From Anaerolineae bacterium (GTDB taxonomy: Bacteria > Chloroflexota > Anaerolineae > UBA1429), in NCBI GenBank assembly GCA_963675785.1, contig OY776562.1, positions 2,592,001 through 2,656,000 of the forward strand: a stretch of DNA of 64,000 bases, written 5' to 3'. The position numbers and the translations under genes are program-made. Shown here piece after piece: positions 10,780 through 20,584 of the stretch. Positions within the stretch are counted from its first letter, which is position 1. Every line of letters starts with the position of its first letter. Under the pieces are notes generated by a model that was given only the letters and a program-made list of their open reading frames with translations, did not search any database and was not told the DNA's origin.

Positions 10780-11847
10780 CTAGCAGTAAGCGCTTGAATC
10801 GTATTGACCATCCCATCGGGATTCGCGCTCATCAATCGAACTCGATAGCTCATCCGAAGAATCCAGCGATTCTTCTTCATCGATGCGCATACTCAATCCA
10901 AGCCGATGATTTACACTATCGATGCGTAAAATCCTTACTCGGACAACCTGTCCAGGAGAAACAACCTCTGAAGGATGCTCCAGATGGTGTGCCGAAATCT
11001 CTGAAAGATGAACAAGACCTTCTAATCCTTCTTCGATCTGAGCGAATGCCCCGAACCCTACAATATTGGTGATACGGGCATCCAGCTCTTGGCCCAGGGT
11101 GTACTTTTGTTCGACCACAGTCCATGGATCGGGTTGCATGCGTTTGAGGCTGAGTGCGACGCGTCTTCTGTCTCGGTCCACACTCATCACATACACTTGA
11201 ACCCGATCACCAATGGAGAGAATCTCGCGTGGATGCGTTACTCTCCCCCAAGAAAGCTCGGAAAGATGCACCAGACCATCGACTCCGCCCAGATCGACAA
11301 AAGCACCAAAATCACAGATATTGCTGACCACACCCGGGCATATATCACCAGGGGCTAGTTCATCCAGAACATGTTCGCCATCTTTGGCGCCCCAACGCGT
11401 GGCGCGCTCTGAAAAGACGAGGCGATTGCGAGAGCGATCGAGCTCGATGACTTTGAGGGAAACTTGCTTGCCAACCCAACGAGAGAGTTTTTCCTCTCGC
11501 GAAGCATCATCATCAAAGACAGGGACATCCGCCAACTGAGAAGCGGGGACAAAACCTTGTAACCGATCCCAACGAACAAGCAAGCCACCCCGGTTCCAGC
11601 CAGTGACCGTTGCGCTTACAACCTCGCCCGCATCAAAAACACTTTGAGCTTCTGCCCAGGCCTTGTCCAGCAAAGAAAATGTCGGCTGATAATCAACGTT
11701 GGGATTTACAAACGGCATGGATTGACCGTCCACAACGTCTGGTTGTGCATCCAAATCAACTTCAGGCACATCAGAAACATCCCGTCGTTCCTTGGCCCGT
11801 CTGATAAACCTCGCCATAGAGGTCAGAGAAAATTGTTGATCATCCAT
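10780..11847 (-). CDS. S1 RNA-binding protein with three S1 domains (ribosomal protein bS1-like, possibly a paralogue)
   Basis: NRGGLLV..GFVPASQL, FGAFVDLGGVDGLVHLSELSW, FGAFAQIEEGLEGLVHLSEI. Confidence 0.88.
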   Translation of the reverse strand: MDDQQFSLTSMARFIRRAKERRDVSDVPEVDLDAQPDVVDGQSMPFVNPNVDYQPTFSLLDKAWAEAQSVFDAGEVVSATVTGWNRGGLLVRWDRLQGFVPASQLADVPVFDDDASREEKLSRWVGKQVSLKVIELDRSRNRLVFSERATRWGAKDGEHVLDELAPGDICPGVVSNICDFGAFVDLGGVDGLVHLSELSWGRVTHPREILSIGDRVQVYVMSVDRDRRRVALSLKRMQPDPWTVVEQKYTLGQELDARITNIVGFGAFAQIEEGLEGLVHLSEISAHHLEHPSEVVSPGQVVRVRILRIDSVNHRLGLSMRIDEEESLDSSDELSSSIDERESRWDGQYDSSAYC

Positions 11848-12038
11848 GCACTTCCCCTTTCAAGCAGCAAACATCCACGTCACCCACCCCAGCCATAGAT
11901 ACGCAAAAACGGACCCCACCAGTCAGCAACAGCTCTGTTGCACCGTACTGGAGATCCGTTTCACTGAGCACCGCATAACAAGTTTAGTATGCAAACCCTA
12001 ACTCGCATGAGACTCTAGGGGGGCAACAATACGTGAAT

Positions 12039-12067
12039 ATTATAGGCCAATCTGTCAAATATGTCAA
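12039..12067 (-). promoter_or_regulatory. Consensus sigma70/sigmaA promoter for the S1 gene
   Basis: TTGACA-17 nt-TATAAT on the minus strand. Confidence 0.8.
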
Positions 12068-12180
12068 TCATCTAGGTATTTATACCTAGAAAAATCTTGT
12101 TATTTGATTTGCACAGAACCCCGAGTCGAGTAAACTCCGCTGGCAGTTCATCAATTGAACATGTCCAGGAGGTAGTCGCC

Positions 12181-13290
12181 GTGAAGACTGTTAAAATCGG
12201 TATCATTGGATGTGGAAATATCTCATCCTCATATTTTGAGACAGCAAATGCCTTTGGCGCCATCGAATGTGTGGCCTGTGCAGACCTTGACCTCGAACGC
12301 GCCCAAGCGAGAGCGGAAGAATTTGGGATTCCTTGTGCTTGTACTGTAGACGAGCTCTTGGCCAACAAGGAAATCGAAATCGTTATCAACCTGACCACTC
12401 CTCAGGCCCACCGAACAGTGAGTGTTGCTGCGCTGCAAGCGGGTAAGCACGTCTACACTGAAAAGCCGCTGGCCGTAACCCCAGAAGATGGCATGGCCAT
12501 CCTGGAAGCGGCCCAAAAAGCCAACTTGCGGATTGGTTGCGCCCCGGGTACACCTCTCGGTGCCGGGCTGCAAACTTGCCGCAAGCTCATTGATGATGGC
12601 GTCATTGGCACACCCGTTGCCTGCTCGGCCTTTATGATGAGTCACGGCCACGAGAGCTGGCATCCCGATCCTGCTTATTATTACCAAATCGGCGCTGGCC
12701 CCATGTTCGATATGGGCCCCTATTATCTCACCGCTCTTACCACCCTGCTTGGTCCTATTTCGCGCATCTGCGGCACAGCCGGTATTCAGATCCCCGAACG
12801 CACCATCACCAGTCAGCCTAAATACGGCGAAAAGATCATCGTGCGCACACCAGACCATGTAGCCGGCACCATGACCTTTGCCAGCGGCGCCATTGGCACC
12901 ATCATTACCACCTTTGCCACCTGGCCCTCGCAACTGCCACGCATCGAGATCTATGGCACCGAAGGAACACTCAGCGTGCCCGATCCCAACACACTAGGTG
13001 GCCCCATCAAGCTTTGCAAGGCGGGCAGCAAAGAATGGGAAGAGATTGAACTAGCCTTCCCACACAGTGTGCGCAAAGATATGTGGGGACTCGGCGTGGT
13101 AGATATGGCCTATGCGATCCGCAGCAATCGTCCCCAGCGCATCACGGGCAAGCAGGCGTACCATGTACTCGAGTGTATGCAGGCATTTCTCAAATCGTCC
13201 GAAGAAGCCCGTTATTACGACGTCCAGAGCACTTTTGACCCTCCCGCACCATTGCCGTTGGGACTCGACGCTTATGAACTCGATGAATGA
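12181..13290 (+). CDS. Gfo/Idh/MocA family oxidoreductase
   Basis: IGIIGCGNIS Rossmann motif, HVYTEKP, GPMFDMGPY; SD AGGAGG before GTG 12181. Confidence 0.92.
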   Translation: MKTVKIGIIGCGNISSSYFETANAFGAIECVACADLDLERAQARAEEFGIPCACTVDELLANKEIEIVINLTTPQAHRTVSVAALQAGKHVYTEKPLAVTPEDGMAILEAAQKANLRIGCAPGTPLGAGLQTCRKLIDDGVIGTPVACSAFMMSHGHESWHPDPAYYYQIGAGPMFDMGPYYLTALTTLLGPISRICGTAGIQIPERTITSQPKYGEKIIVRTPDHVAGTMTFASGAIGTIITTFATWPSQLPRIEIYGTEGTLSVPDPNTLGGPIKLCKAGSKEWEEIELAFPHSVRKDMWGLGVVDMAYAIRSNRPQRITGKQAYHVLECMQAFLKSSEEARYYDVQSTFDPPAPLPLGLDAYELDE

Positions 13291-13308
13291 TCAAAACGAG
13301 GGCTTGGC

Positions 13309-13337
13309 TTGACAGACATACAGCCCTGCTGTAGACT
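13309..13337 (+). promoter_or_regulatory. Promoter of the arg leader/operon
   Basis: TTGACA-17 nt-TAGACT. Confidence 0.75.
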
Positions 13338-13361
13338 GTTGCTATTATGCAAGGGAAAAAG

Positions 13362-13415
13362 ATGATCGTGATCGCTAACTTTCAGAGGCGCAGCATGAGG
13401 ACTAGGCCGGACTAA
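13362..13415 (+). CDS. Putative arginine attenuator leader peptide MIVIANFQRRSMRTRPD
   Basis: SD-like AAGGGA; 17 codons with 4 Arg (AGG, CGC, AGG, AGG) clustered before the stop; in-frame upstream ATG at 13347. Confidence 0.75.
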   Translation: MIVIANFQRRSMRTRPD

Positions 13416-13456
13416 TGTCTGGGTAGTTGCGCTTGAGTTGGGAACATGATACCCAC

Positions 13457-13486
13457 AAGGGCTCTCCAGACGGAGAGCCCTTTTTT
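13457..13486 (+). terminator. Attenuator terminator upstream of argC
   Basis: AAGGGCTCTCC-agac-GGAGAGCCC-TTTTTT, 23 nt before the argC ATG. Confidence 0.88.
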
Positions 13487-13509
13487 CGTTTATGGCCAGG
13501 AGCAGAACT

Positions 13510-14532
13510 ATGATCAAAGCAGGGGTCTTGGGCGCTACAGGATTCGCGGGTAACGAGCTCGTAGATATTCTTTTACGGCATCCCGAGGTTGAAATTGCCT
13601 TTCTTTCTTCCGCAAGCTATGCTGGAAAACGCTATTGTGATACCTGCAGGTCAACCTTTAAGATGACTTTGGTGACCCCTGAGGCCGTGCCCTATGCAAA
13701 CGCTGATATAGTCTTTTTATGCCTGCCTCATGGTGCCTCATCTGCTTATGCCAAGCTAGCCATAGAGGCTGGAGCCTGCTGTATTGATCTCTCGGCGGAT
13801 TTCCGCTTGCGAGATCTAAGCATCTACGAAACATGGTACGGCCAACATCAGGCACCCGAACTACTATCGCAAGCGGTTTACGGCCTCACCGAGGTTTATC
13901 GCGACAGCTTGGTCGGGGCCAAATTGGTAGCTAACCCGGGTTGCTACCCCACCGGTCCCCTGCTAGCGCTCATTCCCTGGCTCAAAGCCGGTTTGATCAA
14001 ATCCAAGCACCTCATTATTGATGCCAAGTCGGGCACATCTGGAGCGGGGGCCAAACCGTCCGAAAAAACGCACTTTATGAACGTGCATGAGAATTTCTCG
14101 GCGTATAACATCGGTCGGCTACATCGCCATGTGCCTGAAATCGAACAGGAACTTGCTGGTGCAGCCGAACAGGATATTCAGATCGTTTTTAGCCCTCACT
14201 TGCTGCCGATTACACGTGGCATTCTCTCCAATATTTATGTCACCGCAATAGATGGTACTAGTGAGCAAGACCTACGCGCGAGTTGGGAAACAACCTATGC
14301 CGATGAGCCCTTTATCACGCTATGTGCAGCGGGCAAACTTCCCGAATTGGCAGATGTGGCCCGTACCAACGCCTGCCACATGGCGTTGACACCCGCTGGA
14401 CGTGAAGGTGAGTTCATTGTCACCACGGCCATCGACAATCTGGTCAAAGGCGCTTCTGGCCAGGCCGTGCAGAACATGAACGTGATGTTTGGACTAGAAG
14501 AAACCCTGGCGCTGACCGGAGGCAAAGCCTAA
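13510..14532 (+). CDS. argC: N-acetyl-gamma-glutamyl-phosphate reductase
   Basis: GATGFAG, DLSADFRL, ANPGCYPT, SGTSGAG, DNLVKGASGQAVQNMN. Confidence 0.96.
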   Translation: MIKAGVLGATGFAGNELVDILLRHPEVEIAFLSSASYAGKRYCDTCRSTFKMTLVTPEAVPYANADIVFLCLPHGASSAYAKLAIEAGACCIDLSADFRLRDLSIYETWYGQHQAPELLSQAVYGLTEVYRDSLVGAKLVANPGCYPTGPLLALIPWLKAGLIKSKHLIIDAKSGTSGAGAKPSEKTHFMNVHENFSAYNIGRLHRHVPEIEQELAGAAEQDIQIVFSPHLLPITRGILSNIYVTAIDGTSEQDLRASWETTYADEPFITLCAAGKLPELADVARTNACHMALTPAGREGEFIVTTAIDNLVKGASGQAVQNMNVMFGLEETLALTGGKA

Positions 14533-15308
14533 TGCCACCTATCCTCGTTCTCAAAGTTGGTGGGGCCGAGCTAGCAGACCGAGAAGCACTTGAGTTGTTC
14601 GTTCAGGCTGCTGTGGCTGCAACTCGGAAGGCCCATCTCATCATTGTTCACGGCGGCGGCCCTGAAATCGCTGCAACCCAGCAAGCCTTGGGCCTAGAGC
14701 CACGCTTCGCCGACGGCCTGCGCATCACCGATGACGCCTCTTTGCGCGTAGCCGAGATGGTACTCTCTGGTCTGGTGAACAAGCGCTTGGCTGGCGCCCT
14801 GACTATCGCGGGAGCCCCAGCTCTGGGCATCTCCGGCATCGATGCAGGCCTGCTTACTGCCCAGCGGCTTACTCCCCAAGGCCAGAATATTGGCTGGGTG
14901 GGCGACATACACAGCGTCAAGGTCGGATTATTGATCAGCTTGTCTTCACTAGGTCTAATTCCCGTGGTCTCACCCATCTCAATGGATGAGACAGGGCAGC
15001 ATTACAACGTTAACGCCGATTCAGCAGCGCTGGCCATCGCTCAAGCACTCAGCGCCGATGAACTGGTCTTTCTCACCAACGTACCTGGTGTACTCCTCAA
15101 TGCCCAACTCTTGTCCACGCTAGATGGCACCGACATCGAAAACCTGATTGCCGAGGGTACTATTTCCGGAGGCATGATCCCAAAAACACGCTCCGCCGTA
15201 CAAGCAACCCGCCAGGGTGTGGCCTGCGTACGTATCACTAACCTAGAAGGACTCGCCACCGACAGCGGTACCCGCGTCGTTCTGCACAAAGTACAGGAGC
15301 AAGCCTGA
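14532..15308 (+). CDS. argB: Acetylglutamate kinase
   Basis: VLKVGG, VHGGG, GLRITD, NVNAD, GGMIPK. Confidence 0.94.
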   Translation: MPPILVLKVGGAELADREALELFVQAAVAATRKAHLIIVHGGGPEIAATQQALGLEPRFADGLRITDDASLRVAEMVLSGLVNKRLAGALTIAGAPALGISGIDAGLLTAQRLTPQGQNIGWVGDIHSVKVGLLISLSSLGLIPVVSPISMDETGQHYNVNADSAALAIAQALSADELVFLTNVPGVLLNAQLLSTLDGTDIENLIAEGTISGGMIPKTRSAVQATRQGVACVRITNLEGLATDSGTRVVLHKVQEQA

Positions 15309-16507
15309 TGACGAACACACAAGAAATCCGCGACCTAGAGAACAAGTACGTACTCCAAACCTATTCACGAGCGCCCTTTGTGCTCGACCATGGTGAAGGC
15401 GTCTATCTCTATGACACCGATGGTAAAGCCTATTTGGACTTTGTCAGTGGTATTGCGGTAAACGCTTTGGGCTATGGGGACCTAGAAGTACGCGAAGCCA
15501 TCGTCGATCAAGTCGACAAGCTGATCCACGTCTCCAATTTGTATTACACCCAGCCACAGGCTGAACTGGCCGAACTGTTGGTCAAGACATCCTTCGCCGA
15601 CCGCATCTTTTTCTGCAACTCGGGCGCCGAGTCCGTTGAAGGAGCCATCAAGTTTGCTCGTAAATGGGCAAAAACTCATTACGGCAAGGGCAAGAACTGT
15701 TTTGTCTCGCTCTCGGGTGCATTCCACGGACGCACCATGGGGGCCTTAGCCCTTACGCCGCGTCCTCATTATCAGGACGCCTTCCGGCCGCTCATGCCTG
15801 GCGCACGTTTGGCCGAATTCAATAACCTCGATTCGGTGGCAGCCCAGATGGACGAATCCGTTTGCGCCATCATCGCTGAACCGGTGCAAGGCGAAGGGGG
15901 CGTGAATCCTGCCGATCCCGAATTTCTTCAGGGACTGCGCGAACTGTGCGACCGCTATCACGCCCTGTTGATCTTTGATGAGGTGCAATGTGGCCTGGGC
16001 CGCACCGGCAGCCTCTGGGCACATCAACAATACGATATCGAACCGGATATGATGACCACGGCCAAACCCGTCGGGGCAGGCCTCCCCATGGGGCTGGTTT
16101 TCTTAAAGCAGCATGTGGCTGATGCCATTGAACCCGGCGATCACGCCAGTACCTTTGCCGGTGGGCCGGTGGTTTGCGCCGCCTCAAAGGTTGTCGTATC
16201 GCGCGTTGCCAATCCCAGTTTTCTAGCACACGTACAAGAGATGGGTGACTATCTCGTCGCCGGCTTGAAGGATATCGCTTCACGCCAGCCTGTCGTTGAA
16301 GAGGTACGTGGCTTGGGTTTGATCATCGGCATTCAGTGCAGCTCCAGTGTTGGCCCTGTGGTCAGGGCCTGCTATGAAGCCGGTTTGCTCACCTGTAGTG
16401 CAGGACCCAACGTGCTGCGTCTGTTACCGCCACTGATTATTGAAAAGGGCGACGCCGACAAGGCACTCGCCATGATTGAGGAGGCTTTGCGTGTCATCGG
16501 GGAATAA
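15308..16507 (+). CDS. argD: Acetylornithine aminotransferase
   Basis: NSGAES, FHGRT, EPVQGEGG, DEVQCGLGRTG, TTAK PLP lysine. Confidence 0.94.
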   Translation: MTNTQEIRDLENKYVLQTYSRAPFVLDHGEGVYLYDTDGKAYLDFVSGIAVNALGYGDLEVREAIVDQVDKLIHVSNLYYTQPQAELAELLVKTSFADRIFFCNSGAESVEGAIKFARKWAKTHYGKGKNCFVSLSGAFHGRTMGALALTPRPHYQDAFRPLMPGARLAEFNNLDSVAAQMDESVCAIIAEPVQGEGGVNPADPEFLQGLRELCDRYHALLIFDEVQCGLGRTGSLWAHQQYDIEPDMMTTAKPVGAGLPMGLVFLKQHVADAIEPGDHASTFAGGPVVCAASKVVVSRVANPSFLAHVQEMGDYLVAGLKDIASRQPVVEEVRGLGLIIGIQCSSSVGPVVRACYEAGLLTCSAGPNVLRLLPPLIIEKGDADKALAMIEEALRVIGE

Positions 16508-16508
16508 A

Positions 16509-17009
16509 GTGCTCTGCCAGGAAGGTGCTATCATCGTTCGTAAGGCGCATATTGATGATGTGCCGGCCATGGCAGAGCTGATCAACAGCTATGGGCGTCA
16601 AGGCATCATGCTGGCACGCTCACGTCACCAGCTCTATCAATTCATCCGAGATTTTGTTGTTGCAGAGAATGAGCAAGGTCGTATCATTGGATGTGGTGCG
16701 CTTTCGATTGTCTGGTCCGATCTCTGCGAAATCCGCTCTCTCGCCGTCCAGGACGGATGGCTCGGCAAAGGTGTCGGTGGTCTTATGGTTCGGGCGCTCG
16801 CCCGTGAAGCGCAACAGCTCGGTGTCAGCCGAGTGTTTGCACTCACCTACCGCGTGGGATTTTTTGAGCACTTGGGATTCCATCAGGTCCCCCACGCAGA
16901 GCTGCCCCACAAGATTTGGGGAGATTGTTTGAATTGCCCCAAATATCCCAACTGTGATGAAGTTGCACTCATGATGCAACTAGACGCCGAACACAAGGAG
17001 AACAACTAA
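16509..17009 (+). CDS. argA: Short GNAT N-acetylglutamate synthase (ArgA-type)
   Basis: [30 protein letters not shown]; located inside arg operon. Confidence 0.82.
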   Translation: MLCQEGAIIVRKAHIDDVPAMAELINSYGRQGIMLARSRHQLYQFIRDFVVAENEQGRIIGCGALSIVWSDLCEIRSLAVQDGWLGKGVGGLMVRALAREAQQLGVSRVFALTYRVGFFEHLGFHQVPHAELPHKIWGDCLNCPKYPNCDEVALMMQLDAEHKENN

Positions 17010-18217
17010 TGTCCGTCAAAAAGTGTGTACTGGCCTATTCCGGTGGACTCGATACCTCAGTCATCGTGAGCTGGCTCAAAGAAAACTATGGCTGTGAAGT
17101 CATCTGTGTCACCGCCGACCTAGGGCAGAACGAGGAACTGGACGGCCTGGAGGCAAAAGCCTTGGCTACCGGTGCCAGCAAGATCTATATCGAAGATATG
17201 CGCGAAGAGTTTGTCAAAGATTATATCTGGCCGACACTCAAAGCCGGCGCCATTTATGAGCGTGATTACCTCTTGGGAACCTCATTTGCCCGCCCACTCA
17301 TTGCCAAGCGTATGGTCGAAATCGCCGAAAAAGAAGGGGCCGACGCTGTAGCCCACGGCTGCACTGGCAAGGGAAACGATCAAGTTCGATTTGAACTTTC
17401 TTTCAAGGCCTTGAATCCCAAACTAACCATCATCGCCCCCTGGCGCGAATGGGACATCCGCTCGCGTGAAGACGCCCTGGAATACGCTGCCGCACACAAT
17501 ATTCCGGTAGCTCAGAGCAGAAAATCCATCTACAGTCGTGACCGCAACATCTGGCACATGAGCCACGAAGGCGGCATCCTCGAAGATCCTTGGGAAGAAC
17601 CTCTTGAAGATATGTTCGTGCTGACCAAGAGCCCTGAAGAAGCCCCGAATGTGCCCGAATATATCGAGATAGGTTTTGAAGAAGGCGCGCCCGTCACCTT
17701 GAATGGCACCAGCTTGAGCCCCCTACAGATGGTTACATCATTGAACGAGCTCGGCGGCAAACACGGCATTGGCCGGGTTGATATGGTAGAAAACCGCCTG
17801 GTGGGTATTAAATCGCGTGGCGTCTACGAGACGCCCGGTGGCACTATACTCTATGCCGCCCACAAGGGCCTTGAAAACCTTACTCTCGACGGTGAAACCT
17901 TACACTATCGAGACCTGCTCTCGCAGAAATACGCCGAAGTGGTTTACAACGGCCGTTGGTTCACCCCCTTGCGTGAGGCTCTTGATGCCGCTATCAATGT
18001 AATCGAAAAGACCGCCACCGGCACCGTGCGCGTCAAGCTCTACAAGGGTCAGGCCACCGTCGTCGGTCGTAAGTCACCCTATAGCCTCTATCGTGAAGAC
18101 TATGCCACCTTTGGTGAGGATGATGTATACAACCAGGCCGATGCAGAGGGCTTTATCAATCTCTTTGGCCTTTCCATGAAGGTGCGCGCTTTGCTCAACA
18201 AAGAAGGTCAGGAATAA
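17009..18217 (+). CDS. argG: Argininosuccinate synthase
   Basis: [34 protein letters not shown]. Confidence 0.97.
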   Translation: MSVKKCVLAYSGGLDTSVIVSWLKENYGCEVICVTADLGQNEELDGLEAKALATGASKIYIEDMREEFVKDYIWPTLKAGAIYERDYLLGTSFARPLIAKRMVEIAEKEGADAVAHGCTGKGNDQVRFELSFKALNPKLTIIAPWREWDIRSREDALEYAAAHNIPVAQSRKSIYSRDRNIWHMSHEGGILEDPWEEPLEDMFVLTKSPEEAPNVPEYIEIGFEEGAPVTLNGTSLSPLQMVTSLNELGGKHGIGRVDMVENRLVGIKSRGVYETPGGTILYAAHKGLENLTLDGETLHYRDLLSQKYAEVVYNGRWFTPLREALDAAINVIEKTATGTVRVKLYKGQATVVGRKSPYSLYREDYATFGEDDVYNQADAEGFINLFGLSMKVRALLNKEGQE

Positions 18218-18220
18218 ACC

Positions 18221-19594
18221 ATGCCGGCACTCTGGGGAGGACGATTCACCGAGGATACTGACGCGCTCATGTGGGCCTTTAATGCTTCCATCAGTGTCGA
18301 TCAGCGCATGGCGTTGGTCGACATTTGGGGCAGCCAAGCCTACGCACGCGCCATCCAAAAGGCCAGCGTGCTCACAGAGAACGAGCTAACTAAACTCGTC
18401 AGCGGCTTGGATGTAGTCGCTGACGAGTTTGAGCAAGGCACCTTTGCCTTGGCCGATAAGGACGAAGACATCCATACCGCTGTCGAACGGCGTTTAGGCG
18501 AGATCATCGGCCCACTGGCTGGCAAGCTACATACCGGCCGTAGCCGTAACGATCAAGTGGCTACCGACGTGCGCCTTTACATGTTAGAAGCGCTGGGACA
18601 CCTCAGTGAAATGCTTGACGCCACCTGCAAAACCATTGTGGACAAAGCCGCCGAGCATATCGATGTACTGATGCCAGGCTATACTCATATGCAGCCCGCG
18701 CAACCGGTGCGTTTCTCTCATTGGCTCATGTCCTACTTTTGGATGTTGGACCGCGATCGAGAGCGCTTGGCCGACCTGACCAAGCGGGTATCGTGCTGCC
18801 CCTTGGGAGCCGGTGCTTTGGCTGGCAACGCTTACGGTATTGACCGTCAGGCTCTGGCCAAAGACCTAGGATTCGATGACATCACATGGAATAGCATGGA
18901 TGCTGTCGCCGACCGTGACATGATCATCGAATGCCTGTCTTGGGGAGCGCAGATTGGTTTGCACCTCAGTCGCCTGGCCGAAGATATCATCATCTGGTCG
19001 ACGCGCGAGTTTGGTTTTGTGCACCTCTCAGATCGCTATTCGACCGGATCGAGCATCATGCCCCAGAAAAAGAATCCCGACAGTATGGAGCTGGTGCGCG
19101 GCAAAACCGGCCGTCTGCTGGCCAACCTGATCCAGATCATGGCCGTATGCAAGGGCATCCCTTCCACCTATGACAAGGACCTGCAGGAAGACAAAGAAGC
19201 CCTGTTCGACACGCTGGATACCTTGGGGATGCTGCTGCCCATCACGGCTGGTGTTGTCGCCACCATGACGATCGATGCGGACAAGATGGCCGCCGCATTG
19301 AGTGATGAACTCATCGCCACCGATATCGCTGATTATTTGGTGAAAAAAGGGCTCCCCTTCCGCGAAGCGCATGGTATAGTTGGCAGATTGGTACTACTAA
19401 GTGAGGACAAAGGCGTAGGTTTGTGCAGCCTTTCCTTGGAGGATTATCGCTCGACTTGCGAATTGTTTGAGGCCGATGTGCAAGGGGTGTTGTCTTTTGA
19501 GGCCTCTGTAGAGGCGAGGGACACAGCAGGAGGCACAGCACGTTCGGCTGTGTTAGAACAAATCACCGAGGCGCGGAAGCGTTTAGCCCAGTAA
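18221..19594 (+). CDS. argH: Argininosuccinate lyase
   Basis: LWGGRF, HTGRSRNDQ, GSSIMPQKKNPD. Confidence 0.97.
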   Translation: MPALWGGRFTEDTDALMWAFNASISVDQRMALVDIWGSQAYARAIQKASVLTENELTKLVSGLDVVADEFEQGTFALADKDEDIHTAVERRLGEIIGPLAGKLHTGRSRNDQVATDVRLYMLEALGHLSEMLDATCKTIVDKAAEHIDVLMPGYTHMQPAQPVRFSHWLMSYFWMLDRDRERLADLTKRVSCCPLGAGALAGNAYGIDRQALAKDLGFDDITWNSMDAVADRDMIIECLSWGAQIGLHLSRLAEDIIIWSTREFGFVHLSDRYSTGSSIMPQKKNPDSMELVRGKTGRLLANLIQIMAVCKGIPSTYDKDLQEDKEALFDTLDTLGMLLPITAGVVATMTIDADKMAAALSDELIATDIADYLVKKGLPFREAHGIVGRLVLLSEDKGVGLCSLSLEDYRSTCELFEADVQGVLSFEASVEARDTAGGTARSAVLEQITEARKRLAQ

Positions 19595-19622
19595 AAAAGC
19601 ATATCACGTGCTTTATCAAACT

Positions 19623-19655
19623 AGGGGGGGCTGACAAAGATCAGGCCCCCCTTTT
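19623..19655 (+). terminator. Intrinsic terminator after argH
   Basis: AGGGGGGGCTGA-caaaga-TCAGGCCCCCC-TTTT. Confidence 0.75.
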
Positions 19656-19844
19656 ACATTTGGGCTACAAAATCTTTTTTCCTTTGAAAAAGGGAAAGGG
19701 GGTATAAATACCTCGAATAGAATAATCCGCCTCATAAAAAGGAACCTCCTCCCATTGCCCCTCGTATACATACAAGATAACCAGTCCTTTTAGCAGAATG
19801 CCAAGTCTATGTCTAGAGAAAGACACTTGTAGAGAGGAAGTGAA

Positions 19845-20492
19845 ATGTTTGAACACAAACTAATGAACAGTGCTAAAAGCTATTGGCTAGTTGCTGGCCT
19901 GGGGTTCGCAGCTGGGGTATTGACGGTACTATTGGATTTCTTTCCCCCAGATACCTTATGGACCTGGAGCTCTTTTTCAGGATGCTTTGGCTTTTGGATC
20001 GTCACCACGACGATTCTCATTTTCTTGAGTGATTCACGCAAGGTCGCAGGGTGGAACGCATTTATCTATCTGAGCTCAATGAGCATTGCTTTCTATCTTT
20101 CCAAAGCAGTGGTTTACAAGTTCGTCTATTCTGCATCCCAATTTGAGCTAGAGTTTCTCTCCTTGACAGCTTTTTGGCTCGCAGCCTCGGCAATATGTGG
20201 CCTCTCCGCAAGTTTTGTATGGATAGGTCAGGGAGAGGGATGGTGGCCTGCTTTTTGGCGTGCATTGCCCATTGCAGGATTGATCATTGAAGCAACAAAA
20301 CTCGTTGCTTCAGTCATTGTCAATCAAAAATACTTGGCCCAAGCCATCTTTGATATTGTTTTCGCCTTTGTCCTATTTTTCGTTCTGAACAAAAACAGAT
20401 CACAAAAGTCTCGAACGTTTGTCTTCATCGTTCCAATTTCGGCGCTTGTCATCTTTCTAGTCTACAAAACAGGAACACTTGTTCAATATTAG
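19845..20492 (+). CDS. Multi-pass membrane protein (DUF6518-like)
   Basis: About 7 hydrophobic segments; AT-richer than neighbours; family assignment from recall only. Confidence 0.6.
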   Translation: MFEHKLMNSAKSYWLVAGLGFAAGVLTVLLDFFPPDTLWTWSSFSGCFGFWIVTTTILIFLSDSRKVAGWNAFIYLSSMSIAFYLSKAVVYKFVYSASQFELEFLSLTAFWLAASAICGLSASFVWIGQGEGWWPAFWRALPIAGLIIEATKLVASVIVNQKYLAQAIFDIVFAFVLFFVLNKNRSQKSRTFVFIVPISALVIFLVYKTGTLVQY

Positions 20493-20584
20493 GAGTGCCT
20501 TTTGCCAAGACGCAAAACAGCAGCATAGGATTACATCTGCTGCTGTTCACATGATTGAACTGACACTTGGCCTCGGCCAAAGAT

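Noticed and set aside
11962-12030. NiCo-riboswitch-like words ACTGAGCA...GCAACA on the plus strand
   Set aside because: Central conserved elements are missing, and the clear promoter and U-tract are on the opposite strand
13340-13490. T-box riboswitch or ArgR box upstream of argC
   Set aside because: No GGTGGNACC T-box bulge, too short for stem I, and no AT-rich ARG palindrome; the leader-peptide model explains the pairings
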